The notes beneath the pieces were generated by a model that saw nothing but the letters and a program-made list of their open reading frames with translations, searched no databases and had not been told where the DNA came from. This document shows, one piece after another, positions 60,859-64,000 of a stretch of 64,000 nt of DNA. Source of the DNA: Chiloscyllium plagiosum (taxonomy: Eukaryota). The first letter of the stretch is position 1, and the number at the start of each line of letters is the position of its first letter. A program made the position numbers and the translations under genes. Where the stretch lies: assembly GCF_004010195.1 (NCBI RefSeq), contig NC_057720.1, positions 28,524,483 through 28,588,482 on the forward strand. Reading direction: 5' to 3'.

Positions 60859-63003
60859 TCCAATGTATTTTACAACCAATAAAGTATTGCTTGAAATGCT
60901 GTAATTATCATTAGAGTGGAGCTCGTAACTTTGAACAGTCTCACTGCCACCCATCCTTCTTGCTGTTATTACTCTAAGCTGCTAATACCATGTGAGGAAG
61001 GATGCTCACAAGTTGTCTTTAGCAGAAGACAATCTTGATGAACAGTAAATAGATTTACTAGATATAATATTACCAGTTATCAACGCGTTATTTATGTGAT
61101 CATCTGAATTGAGACTTCGGATTCAACTGAAGAGGCAGTACACATTTCCACAAATGAAACATTCTGACATAGCATTGGTAACAACTATAGAAAGGGTTAG
61201 TGCTTCTCTTCACTAGATCTTCACAGCTTCATTGCAGTGCTTATCTGGCATTGTCGGTTAACCTCTTCAGGTATTGTCTGTTTTATACAACAGTATTGAC
61301 TGTGGTAATGTACACAATCTTGAAAGCCTCAGATTTTAAAGTAACAGTAGATATTTATTTTTTCTCTCTCCCTATTTTCCTTCTTATATCATAAATATAC
61401 TTCCCAAAATCTAATTGAAATTGAACTTTGGGAACTCCCCTTCCCAAAAATTGATTAAAACTTTACTGTGTTTTTGTACCATTTTATTCTATTACTCTGA
61501 TTTGTAAAGTTTCACTTGGGGTGAATGTAAACCATGAAACTGAGCAGGCAGATTAATGACATCTCGATTTCCTGCTCTGCACATTTTGTGTTTAAGAGAG
61601 ATGCCTGGATTTTGCAGGGCGCAGTGAAGACTAGAACATGCCTCAATATGTTGGCACATTGGTCCTTCATTGGATCTTGGAGCTTCTCACTGCCCTTTTG
61701 TTGCTTATGCATTTTAAATAAAAGCAATGGTTTGTATATGGGTTGGCATGAATAAATTACTTCCTGTAACACTGAGATCAAAAGTTGCCACGCAGGAATT
61801 AAATACTTTACAGGCAATTTATTCGTGCATTAATTGCTATTTTGTTAAGGACTTTCGGCTTTGATTAGCATTGCGAGACTTTTGTTTCCAATTTGTTTTC
61901 TAACAACTATTTAGTTTCAATCAGCAAGTTCATATATAGGAAACACAAGTGGGCAGGATAACAAACCATCAGGTGCTTTCAGTGATACTTTAGATTTAGA
62001 GAAAGAAGTGTGTTTTCTGAGGGGATAAAGAAGGTAGATGCAATTGTAGTTTGTCCATTATCTATTCAGCTATTCTTACAACAATATTTGCATTAACTCA
62101 ACCAGTTATGCACATTAGAGGAGAGCGGTTGACACCTTCACATCACCTAGTGACTACCACATTGGAATATCATCTAGTGGCGGCAAACATGTTGTGCCAC
62201 ACAAATTACTATTATTGAGGTGATTAAGGTTTCAATTGCATTTTTACATCGCCGGGATCCTTACATGATATCACTAGTAATTTTGATAATCCACGTGCTT
62301 TTGGAATAACATGAATTTTTTGCATGTCCTCATGAAGACTAGAGTGAACTAGACAGTGTTTTGAAAGAGGATAAAATGGTTTTGTAATTATGACGTTAGA
62401 TTTCAAGAAATGCCCACATGAAAAAAAATGCTTTTAATATTTAAATTGTTTAAAATTTCTAAAACTGATCTTATGCAGGAATGAGACTTAGCTGTTTGAA
62501 ATGTGCACTCAGGCAAGATCAATTTGTATTGCAATAGCATGTATATATTTTATTGAGTATCTATAATTATTGATCATGCTGTTGAGTTCACAGACAAGAC
62601 AATGAAATTCAACATGTTCTGACAAAGAGGCTGGGGATTAGATGCCATTTTTTGAAAAGTTGACCAGCCATCTCTGAAGATTTGCAACTCCTAGCAAGTA
62701 TATTTTTACTCCTAAATGTACTGGCGTACTTGCGCTTTAAGAATGATGCATGCTGTTAACACAGAGTTAGTTTGCCAACAAGACTTGGCCCACTGAATGA
62801 AAACATCACTTTAATTTACGTTACTGTGACAACTGAACCATTGCTGTATCTTTTATGTAAACCTCCTATTAACATGCTTTTTTTAACCTATTTTCCTCTT
62901 TTTCTCTCTCTGTATACTTGCTCTCTCTTATTTTCTGTGTTCACAGCTGCCTGGTTGTGGATTTCTGTTACCACTGTTGCTATTTACTTTCACTATTGCT
63001 CTT

Positions 63004-63500
63004 GCTGGAAAATTGCCCAGATATGTCCTATCCACAAAAAACAGGACAAATCCAAACTTGTCAATTACAGCCCTGTCAATCTCATCTCAATTATCAGCAT
63101 AGTCATGGAAAGTGTCATCGACTGTGCTATCAAGTGGCACTTAGCAATTACCTGGTCACTGATGCTTAGTTTGTGCTCTACTAGGGCCAGTTGGTCTTGA
63201 CCTCATTACAAGCTTGGTCTAAACATGAACAGAAGATTAGAATTCAAGATGGGAGATTGACAGCGATTATCCTTGATATCAGGGCAACATTTGAAAGAGC
63301 ATAGCATCAGATGCTCTGGCAAAATTGGAGTCAATGGGAATTGGGAAGAGCTCTCCATTGGTCAGTCATAACTAGAACTACAGAAGATCGATATAGGTGT
63401 CAGGGGCTCGTCGTTTCAGTCCTGGGATATTGCTGTAGGAATCTCCTATGCGAATCATCTCCAGCTGCTTTATCAATGAACTATTTTCCATCATCAGGTT
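63004..63500 (+). mobile_element. Old L2/CR1-superfamily LINE RT fragment
   Basis: WKIAQICPIHKKQDKSKLVNYSPVNLISIISIVME; LDIRATFE. Confidence 0.75.
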
Positions 63501-63507
63501 AGCATCG

Positions 63508-64000
63508 GTAGAAGACAGAGGGTGGTGGTGGAGGGTTGCTTTTTAGACCGGAGACCTGCGACCAGTAGTGTGCCACAAGGATCGGTGCTGCGTCCACTGC
63601 GTTTTGTCATTTATATAAATGATTTGGATGTGAACATAGGAGGCATAGTTAGTAAGTTTGCAGATGACAGCAAAATTGGAGGTGTAGTGGACAGTGAAGA
63701 AGGTTACTTCAGATTACAACAGGACCTTGGATTTAATTTAGATAAACGTGAGGTGCTACATTTTGGAAAGGCAAATCAGGGCAGGACTTATACACTTAAT
63801 GGTAAGATCCTAGGGAAGTGTTGCTGAACAAAGACACCTTGGAGTGCAGGTTCACGGTTCCTTGAAAGTGGAGTAGCAGTTAGATAGGATAGTGAAGAAG
63901 GTGTTTTATATGCTTTCCTTTATTGGTCAGAACATTGAGAATATGAGTTGGGAGGTCATGTTGTGTCTGTATAGGACATTGGTTCGGCCACTTTTGGAAT
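63508..64000 (+). mobile_element. CR1-type LINE RT fragment (runs off the window)
   Basis: [30 protein letters not shown]. Confidence 0.9.

Noticed and set aside
1..64000. ORF track entries as host protein-coding genes
   Set aside because: All are short; interpretable ones are transposon fragments with stops or frameshifts, or antisense shadows. No recognisable host protein.

Overview
Repeat-dominated eukaryotic, AT-rich, non-coding DNA. The repeat set (HE1-type tRNA-derived SINEs sharing a 3' tail with CR1/HER1-type LINEs, Deu-domain SINEs, Penelope-like elements) points to a cartilaginous fish, probably a shark (inference). I could not support any intact host gene or exon; the ORFs I can interpret are decayed transposon fragments. 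Contents: many CR1-type LINE fragments (some nested), three HE1 SINEs, a decayed Gmr1-like gypsy element (PR-INT-RT-RH order), a second gypsy fragment and solo LTRs, a Vingi/Ingi-like LINE, L2-like remnants and a possible Harbinger remnant. The most striking system is about 15 short Penelope-like-element (PLE) terminal inserts from three sequence families. Most carry a minimal hammerhead-ribozyme core (CUGAnGA-stem II-GAAA-palindromic stem III), many are asymmetric hairpins, nine have 10-16 bp target-site duplications (TSDs), and two retain GIY-YIG endonuclease coding sequence. All calls are by eye; boundaries of old repeats are approximate.
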